DNA from: Thermoplasmatales archaeon
Lineage (GTDB): Archaea; Thermoplasmatota; Thermoplasmata; Thermoplasmatales; Thermoplasmataceae
Direction: 5' to 3'
Assembly: GCA_027310185.1 (NCBI GenBank)
Contig: DAIDBH010000006.1
Span: 160,001 to 224,000, forward strand
Length of the DNA: 64,000 nucleotides
How positions within the stretch are numbered: position 1 is the stretch's first letter; every line of letters starts with the position of its first letter. This document shows, piece after piece, positions 10,715 to 20,276 of the stretch. The translations under genes and the position numbers were made by a program. The notes below the pieces were generated by a model. It saw only the letters and a list, made by a program, of their open reading frames with translations. It had not been told where the DNA came from and did no database searches.

Positions 10715-10885
10715 TTATGGTGTTATGAGAGAAATTAAAAATATTACAAATCCTGCTATTACAAAATACTCTGTATTCGAGAGATTCTGTGCAATGAATT
10801 TATAGTAGATTCCTCCTATTTCTATCAGGAATAATCCCAGGAAGAAAAGGGGATATCTCCATGCTGATTTCATGTATTTTCCCAT
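10715..10885 (-). CDS. 56-aa two-TM membrane protein, last gene of sdh operon (not in ORF track)
   Basis: Manual translation MGKYMKSAWRYPLFFLGLFLIEIGGIYYKFIAQNLSNTEYFVIAGFVIFLISLITP*; starts 5 nt after the sdhC stop. Confidence 0.7.
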   Translation of the reverse strand: MGKYMKSAWRYPLFFLGLFLIEIGGIYYKFIAQNLSNTEYFVIAGFVIFLISLITP

Positions 10886-10890
10886 GTCGA

Positions 10891-11640
10891 TCACAACCTG
10901 AACAGGAGGATGTTAATGCCAAGACCAGCGGCTACTCCCCTTATATATAGGTCAACGAGGAAGAATGAAGCAAGACTCATCCATGCAAATATTTCGTGAT
11001 GATCGTTCAGTTTAGATACCCCGTTAAAGAATGATCTCCTAACACTCTTCTTGTTTACCGGGCAGCTGTAACAGTCAACATTGCCTCCTGTTACGTGTCT
11101 GAAGAAGTGGCATGAGAATGTATATATTGTTACCAGTGCAGTGTTTATGATCAGTAATAGTGCCCCTAATGTGAAAGTTCCATTGTAGGCAAGTGCTACA
11201 TAGATATCGTAATAGAAGAACGGAAGAATTGCCACTGCTGTGTACCAGAAATATCTGTGCAGGTTCTCGAGCCTGAATATATTTGTTTCACCAGAATACA
11301 ATCTGCCTCTTTTTTCACCAACAAGGTCTATTCTCTTTGATACATCCTTGAACTTTGAAACCTCACAAGCAATTGGATGCCTGAAAAGATGCCTGTGGTA
11401 ATCCTTCCTGTATGCATAGCATGTAGCCCTGAAACCTGCCACAAGAGGCAGTACGAGGATGGTGGGTGAATAGAACGGATCAGTCAACCCCTGAACAGGC
11501 TTTGGCAGTGCAAACACAGTCATCAGGTATATAGCCAGCAGGGCTAGAAGTACAAATGACCAGAATCTCAATTCACCGAATTCTCTTGGGAACCTCACTA
11601 TTTTTTCTAATTTTGTTTCATCCTTTGTGCTAAATGACAT
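10891..11640 (-). CDS. sdhC: Succinate dehydrogenase membrane anchor, Sdh1/type-F (Rv0249c-like)
   Basis: FRATCYAYRKDY, YSGET..ENLHRYFWY, FSCHFFRHVTGG..DCYSC, VSKLNDHH..FAW; abuts sdhB. Confidence 0.8.
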   Translation of the reverse strand: MSFSTKDETKLEKIVRFPREFGELRFWSFVLLALLAIYLMTVFALPKPVQGLTDPFYSPTILVLPLVAGFRATCYAYRKDYHRHLFRHPIACEVSKFKDVSKRIDLVGEKRGRLYSGETNIFRLENLHRYFWYTAVAILPFFYYDIYVALAYNGTFTLGALLLIINTALVTIYTFSCHFFRHVTGGNVDCYSCPVNKKSVRRSFFNGVSKLNDHHEIFAWMSLASFFLVDLYIRGVAAGLGINILLFRL

Positions 11641-12393
11641 CTATTTCACCACCTTTTCTTTTTTTCTTCTGTTCTTGATCAGCATTGCTATTGGATCGTA
11701 TTGCCTGTCGACCGCTCTTTCCTTTTCCTGGATTATTGCATTGTCAGTTATTTTTATGTGTTCCGGACATACTTCAGTGCAGCATTTAGTTATATTACAG
11801 TATCCCATTCCACCCTCTTCGTTAAGCATCCTTGATCTATCCAGACCGTCCAGGGGATGCATATCCCAAGAAGCTGCCTTTACAATGTGCCGTGGACCAA
11901 AATACGGCGTAAAGTGCTCCCTAACAACGTGGCACACATCCATGCAGAGGAAACATTCGATGCATCTCTTGAATTCCTTAGATCTTTCAACATCCTTTGG
12001 ATTAATTCTCCATGGTTTTTCAAGGCCTTCCTTTGGAGTGAACATTGGAATCTTTCTTGCAATTTCCCAGTTCTTTGAAACATCTGTTACAAGATCCTTG
12101 ATCAATGGAAATGCCGCCATGGGTGCAACAGTGATATTTTTACCAACTTCGTCCACCCTGGTCTTGCACATCAGAGATGGTCTTCCATTGATTTCGGCAG
12201 AGCATGAACCACATTTGCCAGCCTTGCAGTTCCACCTTATTGAAATAGTGGGGTCTATTTTCTCCTCCACGTATCTGACTGTATCCAGGACAACCATCCC
12301 ATCAACGTATGGGACCTTGTATTCCACAAACTTCCCTTCCTTTTCTGTTTCAGGATCGAACCTGAATACTTTCACACTTATATCATCGCTCAT
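11641..12393 (-). CDS. sdhB: Succinate dehydrogenase iron-sulfur subunit
   Basis: CKAGKCGSC (2Fe-2S), CIECFLCMDVC, CNITKCCTEVCP. Confidence 0.95.
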   Translation of the reverse strand: MSDDISVKVFRFDPETEKEGKFVEYKVPYVDGMVVLDTVRYVEEKIDPTISIRWNCKAGKCGSCSAEINGRPSLMCKTRVDEVGKNITVAPMAAFPLIKDLVTDVSKNWEIARKIPMFTPKEGLEKPWRINPKDVERSKEFKRCIECFLCMDVCHVVREHFTPYFGPRHIVKAASWDMHPLDGLDRSRMLNEEGGMGYCNITKCCTEVCPEHIKITDNAIIQEKERAVDRQYDPIAMLIKNRRKKEKVVK

Positions 12394-14111
12394 TCATACA
12401 CCTCTGGCTTTACATATGCCTTGTATTCTTCAGGCATTTCTAGCGCTGGTTTTACCTCAAACTTCATGTTTCCCTGCTCGTCCATGTAGGTGATTATATT
12501 GGCTTTCCATGCTGGATCTTTCTTTGGGAAGTCTGATCTTGCATGTGCACCCCTGCTTTCCTTTCTCATTGAAGCGCATGTGGCTATAGCCTCACATGAG
12601 ATTAACATATTACCAAGTTCAAGGCAGCCAAGAAGTCCATGATTATATCTAACTCCTCCCCTGGTTCCAACTTCCTTGAACTCTTCCTTCAGGTCTTTTA
12701 TTATCTTGATTGCCTTCTGCAGGTGTTCTTCGTCCCTCATTATACCTACATTCTCGCTCATACATGTTGTAAGTCGATCTATGAGATCGTATGGATTCTT
12801 CCCGTCTTCCTTGAAGAAATGCATTACATAAGCCCTGACTTTCTCAACTTCTTCGTCTGGTATTTCTTCCAGTTTTGAGCTTCTTGCGTAATTCACAGCT
12901 GCGTCTCCAGCCCTCTTTCCAAAGACCAGGATATCTGCGAGGGAGTTGCCTCCAAGCCTGTTTGCTCCGTGAAGACCTGAAGCAACCTCTCCTGCTGCGA
13001 ACAGATTCTCAATATTTGTTCTTTCTGTTTCTGCATCCACTTCTATTCCACCCATCATATAGTGGACAGTTGGTGCCACTTCCATTTTCTCCTTTGTTAT
13101 ATCGACTCCCGCAAATTCAAGAAACTGTTGATACATTGCAGGTAGCTTGTGCTTGATGAAGTCTGCACCTTTAAAGGATATATCAAGGTAAACACCGCCA
13201 TGCTCTGTTCCCCTTCCTTCCATTATTTCCCTGTAATTTGCTCTGGCAACAACATCTCTTGCGTCAAGTTCCTTCTTTTGAGGAGAGTATTTCAGCATAT
13301 ATCTCTCGCCTTTGGAATTCAGTAAAATTCCTCCTTCCCCTCTTACCCCTTCTGTTACTAGAAGACCTTTCACTCCAGGTGGATAAACCATTCCAGTGGG
13401 GTGAAACTGCATCATTTCCATGTCCCTGAGTATGACTCCAGCCCTGTACGCCATACCAATACCATCACCTGTCGATTCCCAAGAATTTGATGTAACCTTA
13501 AAGACTCTTCCTGATCCTCCCGTTGCAATGACTACGGATTTTGCCTTGAATATGAAGGTTTGTCCGGTATTCATCTTTATTCCATATGCACCTATTATCT
13601 TGTTATCCTTCCTGATCAGGTCCACAATATACATTTCATCATAGAACTGAATATTTCTGTGAAGCACCTGATCTTCAAGCGTCTTTATTAGTTCCAGTCC
13701 AGTTCTGTCCCCGATGTGCGCCAGTCTTCTGTACGTATGAGCTCCAAATGCCCTTTGCATTATCCTGCCATCTGGCGTCCTGTCAAACAGTGCCCCATAT
13801 CTCTCCAGTTCCAGAACCCTGTCGGGCGCTTCCTTACCCAGGATTTCTGCCATTTTCCAGTTAGAAATGTATACTCCTTCCTCTATTATATCACCATAGT
13901 GAACCGTCCAGTTATCCTGTGGGTCCACATTTCCTAGAGCGGCGGCAATTCCTCCTTCCGCCATAACCGTATGAGCCTTGCCAAGAAGTGACTTTGTAAC
14001 CATAACAGGCTTCAGACCTGCATCGTTTACGGAAATAGCTGCCCTCATTCCTGCTCCGCCGGCACCGATAATCAGAACATCTGCCTCGACGGTTTCAACC
14101 TCATTGTTCAT
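12390..14111 (-). CDS. sdhA: Succinate dehydrogenase flavoprotein subunit
   Basis: GAGGAG, KAHTVMAEGG (covalent FAD His), QFHPTG, TEGVRGEGG, HYMMGG, HGANRLGGNSL, ESRGAHAR; GGTGA RBS upstream. Confidence 0.96.
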   Translation of the reverse strand: MNNEVETVEADVLIIGAGGAGMRAAISVNDAGLKPVMVTKSLLGKAHTVMAEGGIAAALGNVDPQDNWTVHYGDIIEEGVYISNWKMAEILGKEAPDRVLELERYGALFDRTPDGRIMQRAFGAHTYRRLAHIGDRTGLELIKTLEDQVLHRNIQFYDEMYIVDLIRKDNKIIGAYGIKMNTGQTFIFKAKSVVIATGGSGRVFKVTSNSWESTGDGIGMAYRAGVILRDMEMMQFHPTGMVYPPGVKGLLVTEGVRGEGGILLNSKGERYMLKYSPQKKELDARDVVARANYREIMEGRGTEHGGVYLDISFKGADFIKHKLPAMYQQFLEFAGVDITKEKMEVAPTVHYMMGGIEVDAETERTNIENLFAAGEVASGLHGANRLGGNSLADILVFGKRAGDAAVNYARSSKLEEIPDEEVEKVRAYVMHFFKEDGKNPYDLIDRLTTCMSENVGIMRDEEHLQKAIKIIKDLKEEFKEVGTRGGVRYNHGLLGCLELGNMLISCEAIATCASMRKESRGAHARSDFPKKDPAWKANIITYMDEQGNMKFEVKPALEMPEEYKAYVKPEVYE

Positions 14112-14634
14112 TGAATTTCACCTAAACCTGATGTGTATTATTTCATTGGTATAAATTTTTTATAATTTCTAAATACTTATATAGTACTTTTAGGTGTAAT
14201 TTTGAGTCCTTATATGACAAAAACTATTATCAGATTGTAAAGCTAATGCAATCTAAATTTCATATGCCATGTCCAGTGTCTAGAGGTTTAAATTATGCAA
14301 CCTCTTTTCTAATTTTTGGTGTCGGATATTACCATTGAATCGTATCTGTTATATTTCCATGGGATGAAATATATTTCTATTTGATGTTCTCCATCCTTCT
14401 CACCAGTCTATATGATCTCGCAGAATAAGGAACACAAGAAGCAGTATGTTATCAGGCCTGCTTCACTCCCCAAGCCAGTAGACAGTGTAAAGATTCGAAC
14501 GAAACAATAAAGTTTCTCATGATTTCATCCTTTCTTGGGAAGGGAGATTCAGGCTTGAATGCTCATATTGAATAATAGTGTAGTGATTTAGAGTCTAACA
14601 TTTTATATGGGAGTTACCAATTAAAGAATAACAG

Positions 14635-15816
14635 ATGACATTTCTACTATCAATATTCATACTCCTGCTTTTTGCAATAATTATGGGAAGTGTGTTCGAA
14701 TATTATGGCTTACCGTCAGTGATAGGTGAAATACTCGCCGGTTTCATCCTTGGAAAGGCAGTTCTTGACCTGGTTCTCCCGAGTTCCATTATAACGGGAA
14801 TATCTGAAATATCATTGTTTTTCATAGTTCTTCTAATAGGAGTTGAGTCAACAACATATACACTGGTAAAGAATGTCAAAAAAGGCATTCTCCTATCAGC
14901 AACAAGCTTCATAATTCCATTACTCATTATGCTTCTTTTCCTCAAGATTTTTTACGGAAAATTCGGGGCTTCAGATATTATACTTGCTGTCTCCATAGGA
15001 GTGCCATCCATCTCCATCATCTCGGTACTTCTAAATAAATACGATCTGATGAAATACGAGATGGGAAACTCAATTCTGGCATCTGTCATTTTCACTGACA
15101 TAATTGCATTCATTATTTTATCAGCAATTGTTGACCTTAAAAGACTGAATTATGAACTTGTGTCGATTGTCGTTTTTCTTATCCTTATTTTTCTTGCTGA
15201 TCACTATCTGCGGAAACATTCAAAATATGTCATGGCTTTCTTTGAGAAGCTCAGGTACCAGTCCAAAAGTGAAAAACTGGTATTTGGCAGCATCATCTTA
15301 TCTGGACTGATAGTTGCCTCCATTCTTGACGAGATAGGCATAACATACGTACTTGGTGCATTCTTTGCTGGCATACTCATAAGTGATGTGATAATAGGAA
15401 AGGAACTTCTCGGTATAATTACAAGAACGCTGGGCAGGCTGAATGATAGTTTCTTTATACCTCTCTTTTTCAGCATAGCCGGAATGGAAGCCATCTTTCC
15501 AACTTTCAGTTCACTGGGAGAAATGACACTCCTCATTCTCGTCACCGTTGTGATTGGAGGATTTCTGGATTATTATGCAGGTAAGAAATTTTTTTCATCC
15601 GGTTCCGGGAGGGTTTCATCCGGGATATTAGGAGGGAGAGGTGCCGTTGGTGTCATTATTGCAACCATAGCCCTGGAATCAAACATCCTGAACTCAAATC
15701 AATATTCCGCAGCAATATTTGCAACAATAATAGTATCTGTTGTGTTTTCATTCCTTCTGAGGAACCAGCAGGATAAGATACTTATGGAACAGGAAAGATT
15801 TGGAGTAAAAATCTAG
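14635..15816 (+). CDS. Cation:proton antiporter (CPA2/NapA-KefB family)
   Basis: PSVIGEILAGFILG, ILASVIFTD, LGAFFAG, FFIPLFF, RG motif; about 12 TM segments. Confidence 0.88.
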   Translation: MTFLLSIFILLLFAIIMGSVFEYYGLPSVIGEILAGFILGKAVLDLVLPSSIITGISEISLFFIVLLIGVESTTYTLVKNVKKGILLSATSFIIPLLIMLLFLKIFYGKFGASDIILAVSIGVPSISIISVLLNKYDLMKYEMGNSILASVIFTDIIAFIILSAIVDLKRLNYELVSIVVFLILIFLADHYLRKHSKYVMAFFEKLRYQSKSEKLVFGSIILSGLIVASILDEIGITYVLGAFFAGILISDVIIGKELLGIITRTLGRLNDSFFIPLFFSIAGMEAIFPTFSSLGEMTLLILVTVVIGGFLDYYAGKKFFSSGSGRVSSGILGGRGAVGVIIATIALESNILNSNQYSAAIFATIIVSVVFSFLLRNQQDKILMEQERFGVKI

Positions 15817-16379
15817 TTCCTGCTTTTATTGAAGGAATAGGTAGCTATATAATTATGATCAAAGAATCTAATGTTGTTTCTCGTGTAATTAATCTTTGAG
15901 AAGATGCTATCAAGCTCCTCTGGGGAAAGCTTAATCTCTGATGGAGGCCCTATAACAGAATCTTTCTTGAATTCGATCAACGTAAAAACTGGTTTGCTTT
16001 TTCCTGCGAATTTCTGTATGATTTCATTCATACACGGGAAGTCATGGAAACTATTTGAGAAGAAGACCCTGTTCACATCGGGAATTCGTTCTAGCTTGCA
16101 CATGTCCTCTTGTATTGTCTCCACGTTTGTGATCTTATTTGCCACTATTTTGGCATTTTCCCTTTCAATGCCATCTTTACTGATATCAATGGAATATACC
16201 TTGGAACACAAAGGCGCCATGATTAATGAATAATAACCGTCTCCAGAGCCTACATCTGCTATTTTTTCCTCTTTTTTTATCTTCATGAATTCCAGCACAC
16301 TCTTTATGTCTACCATTTTCTCTCTCATCTCAGCCATTCTATCATAATCAAATCCGTGTCCATGATGGTGATGTTCCAT
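15813..16379 (-). CDS. Class I SAM-dependent methyltransferase with N-terminal His tract
   Basis: IADVGSGDGYY, VYSIDIS, FFSNSFHD, IEFKK..IGPP; likely start at MEHHHHGHG. Confidence 0.85.
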   Translation of the reverse strand: MEHHHHGHGFDYDRMAEMREKMVDIKSVLEFMKIKKEEKIADVGSGDGYYSLIMAPLCSKVYSIDISKDGIERENAKIVANKITNVETIQEDMCKLERIPDVNRVFFSNSFHDFPCMNEIIQKFAGKSKPVFTLIEFKKDSVIGPPSEIKLSPEELDSIFSKINYTRNNIRFFDHNYIATYSFNKSRN

Positions 16380-16577
16380 GGCTTTCAATCATTAAATGCC
16401 TATTAACACTTTGGAAAAGTTTGGGTTGATGATACTTCCATAGATTCAGATTCTATTCCATCTGGTATTGTTACGTCTTCCTGGTTATGAAAAGAAGAAG
16501 TCAAATTTATCATTTAGCACTTAAAAGTTCAGGTGCTGCAGGATAACTTTTTTATGCCTATAGAATTAACCTTGATC

Positions 16578-18335
16578 ATGCTTCTCTCTGAATTCGTAGA
16601 TTATCTTGACAGAATATCAGGTACAGCGAAAAGACTGGAGATGAATGAGATTATGAAACAGTTATTCCTTGATCACCGGGATGAAGTTGACATGATTACA
16701 TACCTTATTCAGGGAAAGGTAGCCCCGGATTACTCAGGCCTTGAGATCGGGATATCCGAAAAAACGGTCATGAAGGTAGTGAGAAATCTTACTGGTGCAA
16801 CTGAAAATGAAGAAATTTCTCTGTTCGCAAAAACTGGCGACCTTGGGGAAATGACTGAGGAACTACTTTCCAGAGGTAAGCAGACATCATTCTTCAACGA
16901 ACCACTGACCCTGGAGGAGTTTTATAAACTCCTACTTAAAATGACAGGCATAAAGGGCCAGGGGAGCAGTGGAACAAAGGAAGCCATGCTTACGGACCTA
17001 CTCATAAGATCAACGAAGAAGGAGGCAAAATATATGGTGAAGATAATCACTGGAAATCTTAGGGTAGGTGTTTCAGATGCGTCTATAATTACCGCCCTCA
17101 GACTAGCTTTCAAACCAGAAATAGAGCAGTCTGAAGTGGAAGATATATTTAATTTTCATCCTGATCCCGCCTATGTTGCTGATCTTCTTCTGAAAGACAG
17201 GATAGGGGAAAGCACAGGGCCAACTCCGTTCATACCCTTAAAGGTGATGCTTGCTGAAAGGCTTCAGTCCCTTGCACAGATAATAGAAAAACTTGGCGGA
17301 GTTGCAGCTCTGGAATACAAGTATGATGGCCTGAGGATACAGATACACAAGCGTGGCGGTGAAGTTAAGACCTTTTCAAGAGGGAATGAAGAGACGACAA
17401 AACAGTTTCCTGAGATAATTGAAGCAGTCAGGAAATTGAAGGCTGAAAGTGTGATTCTTGATGGGGAGGCAGTACCGGTTAACAGTGAAACAGGAGAGAT
17501 CTATCCATTCCAGGATGTATCCAGGAGAAGGGGTAGAATATACGATCTACCGGAGGTTTCTGAGGAAATACCCATAATGGTTTTCCTGTTTGATATAATC
17601 TATCTTGATGGTGTTCCTCTCAACAGGAAACCGTATGTGGAAAGAAGAAAGATACTGCTTGAAACCGTAGGTGAAAGTGAACGCCTGAAATTTGCGACAC
17701 AGATAGTTACAGGGGATTCAGAAGAAGCAGAGAAATTCTTTGAAAGTTCCATAGAATCTGGATGTGAAGGAATAGTTGCAAAGAGTATACAGGAGAATTC
17801 CATATACAGGGCTGGAAATCGTGGATGGTTATGGATAAAATTTAAGAGAGATTACCAGAATGAAATATCGGATACGCTCGATCTGGCTGTTGTAGGTGCA
17901 TTTTATGGGCATGGACGCCGGAAGGGTAGCTTTGGTGCACTTCTTCTTGCTTCGTATAACAAGGAGCGAGATATGTTTGAATCAGTTTGTAAGATTGGAT
18001 CGGGATTCACTGATGAGAATCTTTCTGAAATGAAGGCAATGTTCTCGAATCTTGTCACTGATAAAAAACCATCAAATGTGGATTCAGAAATGATTCCAGA
18101 CGTGTGGATATACCCTGATAGGGTGATACAGATAAAGGGTGCTGAAATAACACTGAGCCCCGTGCATACATGCGCAAAAGAACTGGTCGGTAAAAATGGC
18201 CTTGCCATTAGATTTCCAAGGTTTACTGGTACCTGGAGAACTGATAAAAAAATAGAAGACTGTACATCTTCTGTAGAAATTTATGAATTATTTAAAATGC
18301 AGAAAAAAACTAGTTATAAGGAAGATAGTAATTAA
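16578..18335 (+). CDS. lig: ATP-dependent DNA ligase
   Basis: EYKYDGLRIQIH (motif I), LDGE, FDIIY, EGIVAK, WIKFKRDY, IRFPRF; start moved to MLLSEF. Confidence 0.96.
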   Translation: MLLSEFVDYLDRISGTAKRLEMNEIMKQLFLDHRDEVDMITYLIQGKVAPDYSGLEIGISEKTVMKVVRNLTGATENEEISLFAKTGDLGEMTEELLSRGKQTSFFNEPLTLEEFYKLLLKMTGIKGQGSSGTKEAMLTDLLIRSTKKEAKYMVKIITGNLRVGVSDASIITALRLAFKPEIEQSEVEDIFNFHPDPAYVADLLLKDRIGESTGPTPFIPLKVMLAERLQSLAQIIEKLGGVAALEYKYDGLRIQIHKRGGEVKTFSRGNEETTKQFPEIIEAVRKLKAESVILDGEAVPVNSETGEIYPFQDVSRRRGRIYDLPEVSEEIPIMVFLFDIIYLDGVPLNRKPYVERRKILLETVGESERLKFATQIVTGDSEEAEKFFESSIESGCEGIVAKSIQENSIYRAGNRGWLWIKFKRDYQNEISDTLDLAVVGAFYGHGRRKGSFGALLLASYNKERDMFESVCKIGSGFTDENLSEMKAMFSNLVTDKKPSNVDSEMIPDVWIYPDRVIQIKGAEITLSPVHTCAKELVGKNGLAIRFPRFTGTWRTDKKIEDCTSSVEIYELFKMQKKTSYKEDSN

Positions 18336-18814
18336 TCTCTATCTTCATTTCTGTAATTATCTCTGGAGCCGTACTCTCTCCTTCCACCGCTGTTTCCGCC
18401 GTATCCGCCGCCGTTTCTTCTGAAACCGCCGCCAGTACCGCCTCTTCTGAAGTTAGTGTTTTCATAAACTTTTTCGCTCATGTCATTTTCACTGTTAACT
18501 TCTTCAACAGTTTCCTCGGATTCGTTAAGGTTTCCATATTTTCCAACGTTCAATCTCATCTGGCCTCTGACCAGTGAAATATAGCCGTTATCAACATGAA
18601 GTGTGGATCCATCCTTTACAGATGCAGCCTGTTCTCCCCAGAGGGATAGCTTTATCTTTCCAGTGTCGTCTCCTACAACAACCTCAGTTACGGATTTTGA
18701 TTCTCCGAATCTTGTGTTTATCTCTTTTGGCTCGCCTATCTCTATGACCTTAGCAAGAACATTTACTCTTCTCGACTCAGGTGTAAGGTCCTTTATTTTG
18801 GTAATTCCTTCCAT
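18332..18814 (-). CDS. ssb: Single-stranded DNA-binding protein (single OB fold, Gly/Arg-rich tail; crenarchaeal type)
   Basis: KIKDL..RVNVLAKVIE, VGDDTGKIKLSLW, NGY..LNVGKYG; C-terminal RRGG/GGGFRR tail. Confidence 0.9.
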   Translation of the reverse strand: MEGITKIKDLTPESRRVNVLAKVIEIGEPKEINTRFGESKSVTEVVVGDDTGKIKLSLWGEQAASVKDGSTLHVDNGYISLVRGQMRLNVGKYGNLNESEETVEEVNSENDMSEKVYENTNFRRGGTGGGFRRNGGGYGGNSGGRREYGSRDNYRNEDRD

Positions 18815-18999
18815 ATGGTTTACGTCCCGTCCTTTCGGACTGAATAGTATTCCTTACTCGTATTTATATTAATGCGTTAATTTGAGTTGACATTCTTATT
18901 TTTAAATAATCTGGAATATAGGATAAAATTTCCTGACTCAAGGAATCAATTGCCCTTGATGAACTCTGACATTGGGGAAAGATGAATATTTGTTATATC

Positions 19000-19815
19000 T
19001 TATTTTGACTCCAGTTCAATGACATTCCTGAGCCATGGAAGAACTGACGTGAAGAATGATGGTCCGTGATGGGCAAAGAAATCTAGTTTTCCAGGAGTGC
19101 AGAATATGTTATTATTTCTGAAGGCAGATGTGTGACTCAAGGGTGTATCCTTCAATCTTTCTATGGTTTCTTTTTCAGTTGTCCCCCGGTACATTTTTCC
19201 CTCAAATATCATGATTTCTGGATCAAATTTCATGACCTGTTCATAATCTGGCTGAATCCATTCCTTGAGATCGTTATCGAAAGGTGTTGAAAGCCCATGC
19301 AGATTTAGAGTTGACGTAATGTAACTTAACGATCCGAATGATACCGGGCCTCCTAGATCTATCTCGAGATATGCCCTTTTATTTGCGTTACATGCAATAA
19401 AATTTTTTTGAAGTTCTCTAACAAGGACCTGGGCGTTTTTTATTTTTCCAGTTACCACACCGACCCGGCTTATCATATCCAGTATGCCATAGGGGGTTGA
19501 AGGAAGTTCAAACTGGAAAACTGTATACTTCTTCATTAATTCCTTTGTAAGACTCTCCTGATATCCAGATATAGTGAATATAATATCAGGATTTATTTCA
19601 TTGACTATGTTTTCATTATATGTGCTATAACTGCCTATCTTTCTTATCTTTTCAACTGATTCCGGTCTCCTGCAGAATGCACTTACCCCTTTGAGATTGC
19701 TTTCAAGACCTATGAGGCAGAGTGTTTCGGTAATTGAGGGATTAAGAGAAATTATACTGCCTATTGTGTCTGGGATGTTGACTTCCCTTAATGTAAAATC
19801 CCTTAATTTTGCCAT
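19000..19815 (-). CDS. Helical-backbone metal receptor (BtuF/iron-siderophore-binding family), no signal peptide
   Basis: IISLNPSITETLCLIG, GVS.FC, EINPDII, EQVMKFDPE, HHGPS. Confidence 0.75.
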   Translation of the reverse strand: MAKLRDFTLREVNIPDTIGSIISLNPSITETLCLIGLESNLKGVSAFCRRPESVEKIRKIGSYSTYNENIVNEINPDIIFTISGYQESLTKELMKKYTVFQFELPSTPYGILDMISRVGVVTGKIKNAQVLVRELQKNFIACNANKRAYLEIDLGGPVSFGSLSYITSTLNLHGLSTPFDNDLKEWIQPDYEQVMKFDPEIMIFEGKMYRGTTEKETIERLKDTPLSHTSAFRNNNIFCTPGKLDFFAHHGPSFFTSVLPWLRNVIELESK

Positions 19816-19816
19816 T

Positions 19817-20164
19817 TCAGAATGTTATCGGTACGTAGCCTTCCTGAAGAGCCTTAGCAAGTACTTCTCCTGCAGGTTCCAGAGTTATGTTCCTTGATTT
19901 TAGAGACTCTGAAATCTTCTTGTTATCTGCAATAAATACACATGCTGTTTTATAAATGCCAGCTTCCGTTGCCTCTCTGAGCATAGCATCAATCATGTCA
20001 TCTCCCTTAGCTATCATTTCCTGAGATGGCCCAAAGAAAAGAACCCTTACATCAGATACACGATTCTTCTGCTTCATGTTTATTGCCATCCTCAATCCAG
20101 TTAATGCTTTTTCCTTCTGTTCCAGGCCACTGCTTATTATGAATATGATTTTTGTGTCTGTCAT
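19817..20164 (-). CDS. DsrE/DsrF-like protein
   Basis: KIIFIISSG, VRVLFFGPS, TAC, C-terminal EGYVPITF. Confidence 0.8.
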   Translation of the reverse strand: MTDTKIIFIISSGLEQKEKALTGLRMAINMKQKNRVSDVRVLFFGPSQEMIAKGDDMIDAMLREATEAGIYKTACVFIADNKKISESLKSRNITLEPAGEVLAKALQEGYVPITF

Positions 20165-20276
20165 GCTAGTGAATTAAGTTAATATATAAAAATTATAAGT
20201 AGCTCTAAACTCTGAATTACGGATCAACCATATGAATGATAAATAATTTAATAATATGCTCTTAATTCAGAAAACC

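Noticed and set aside
11627-12493. 288-aa plus-strand ORF
   Set aside because: Antisense shadow of sdhB/sdhA with no recognisable motifs.
14600-14650. Fluoride-riboswitch-like words (ATGGGAGTTACC...GATGAC..CTAC) before the antiporter
   Set aside because: The 5' strand of P1 is missing, the pseudoknot pairing is poor, and the 3' word is simply the start of the CDS.
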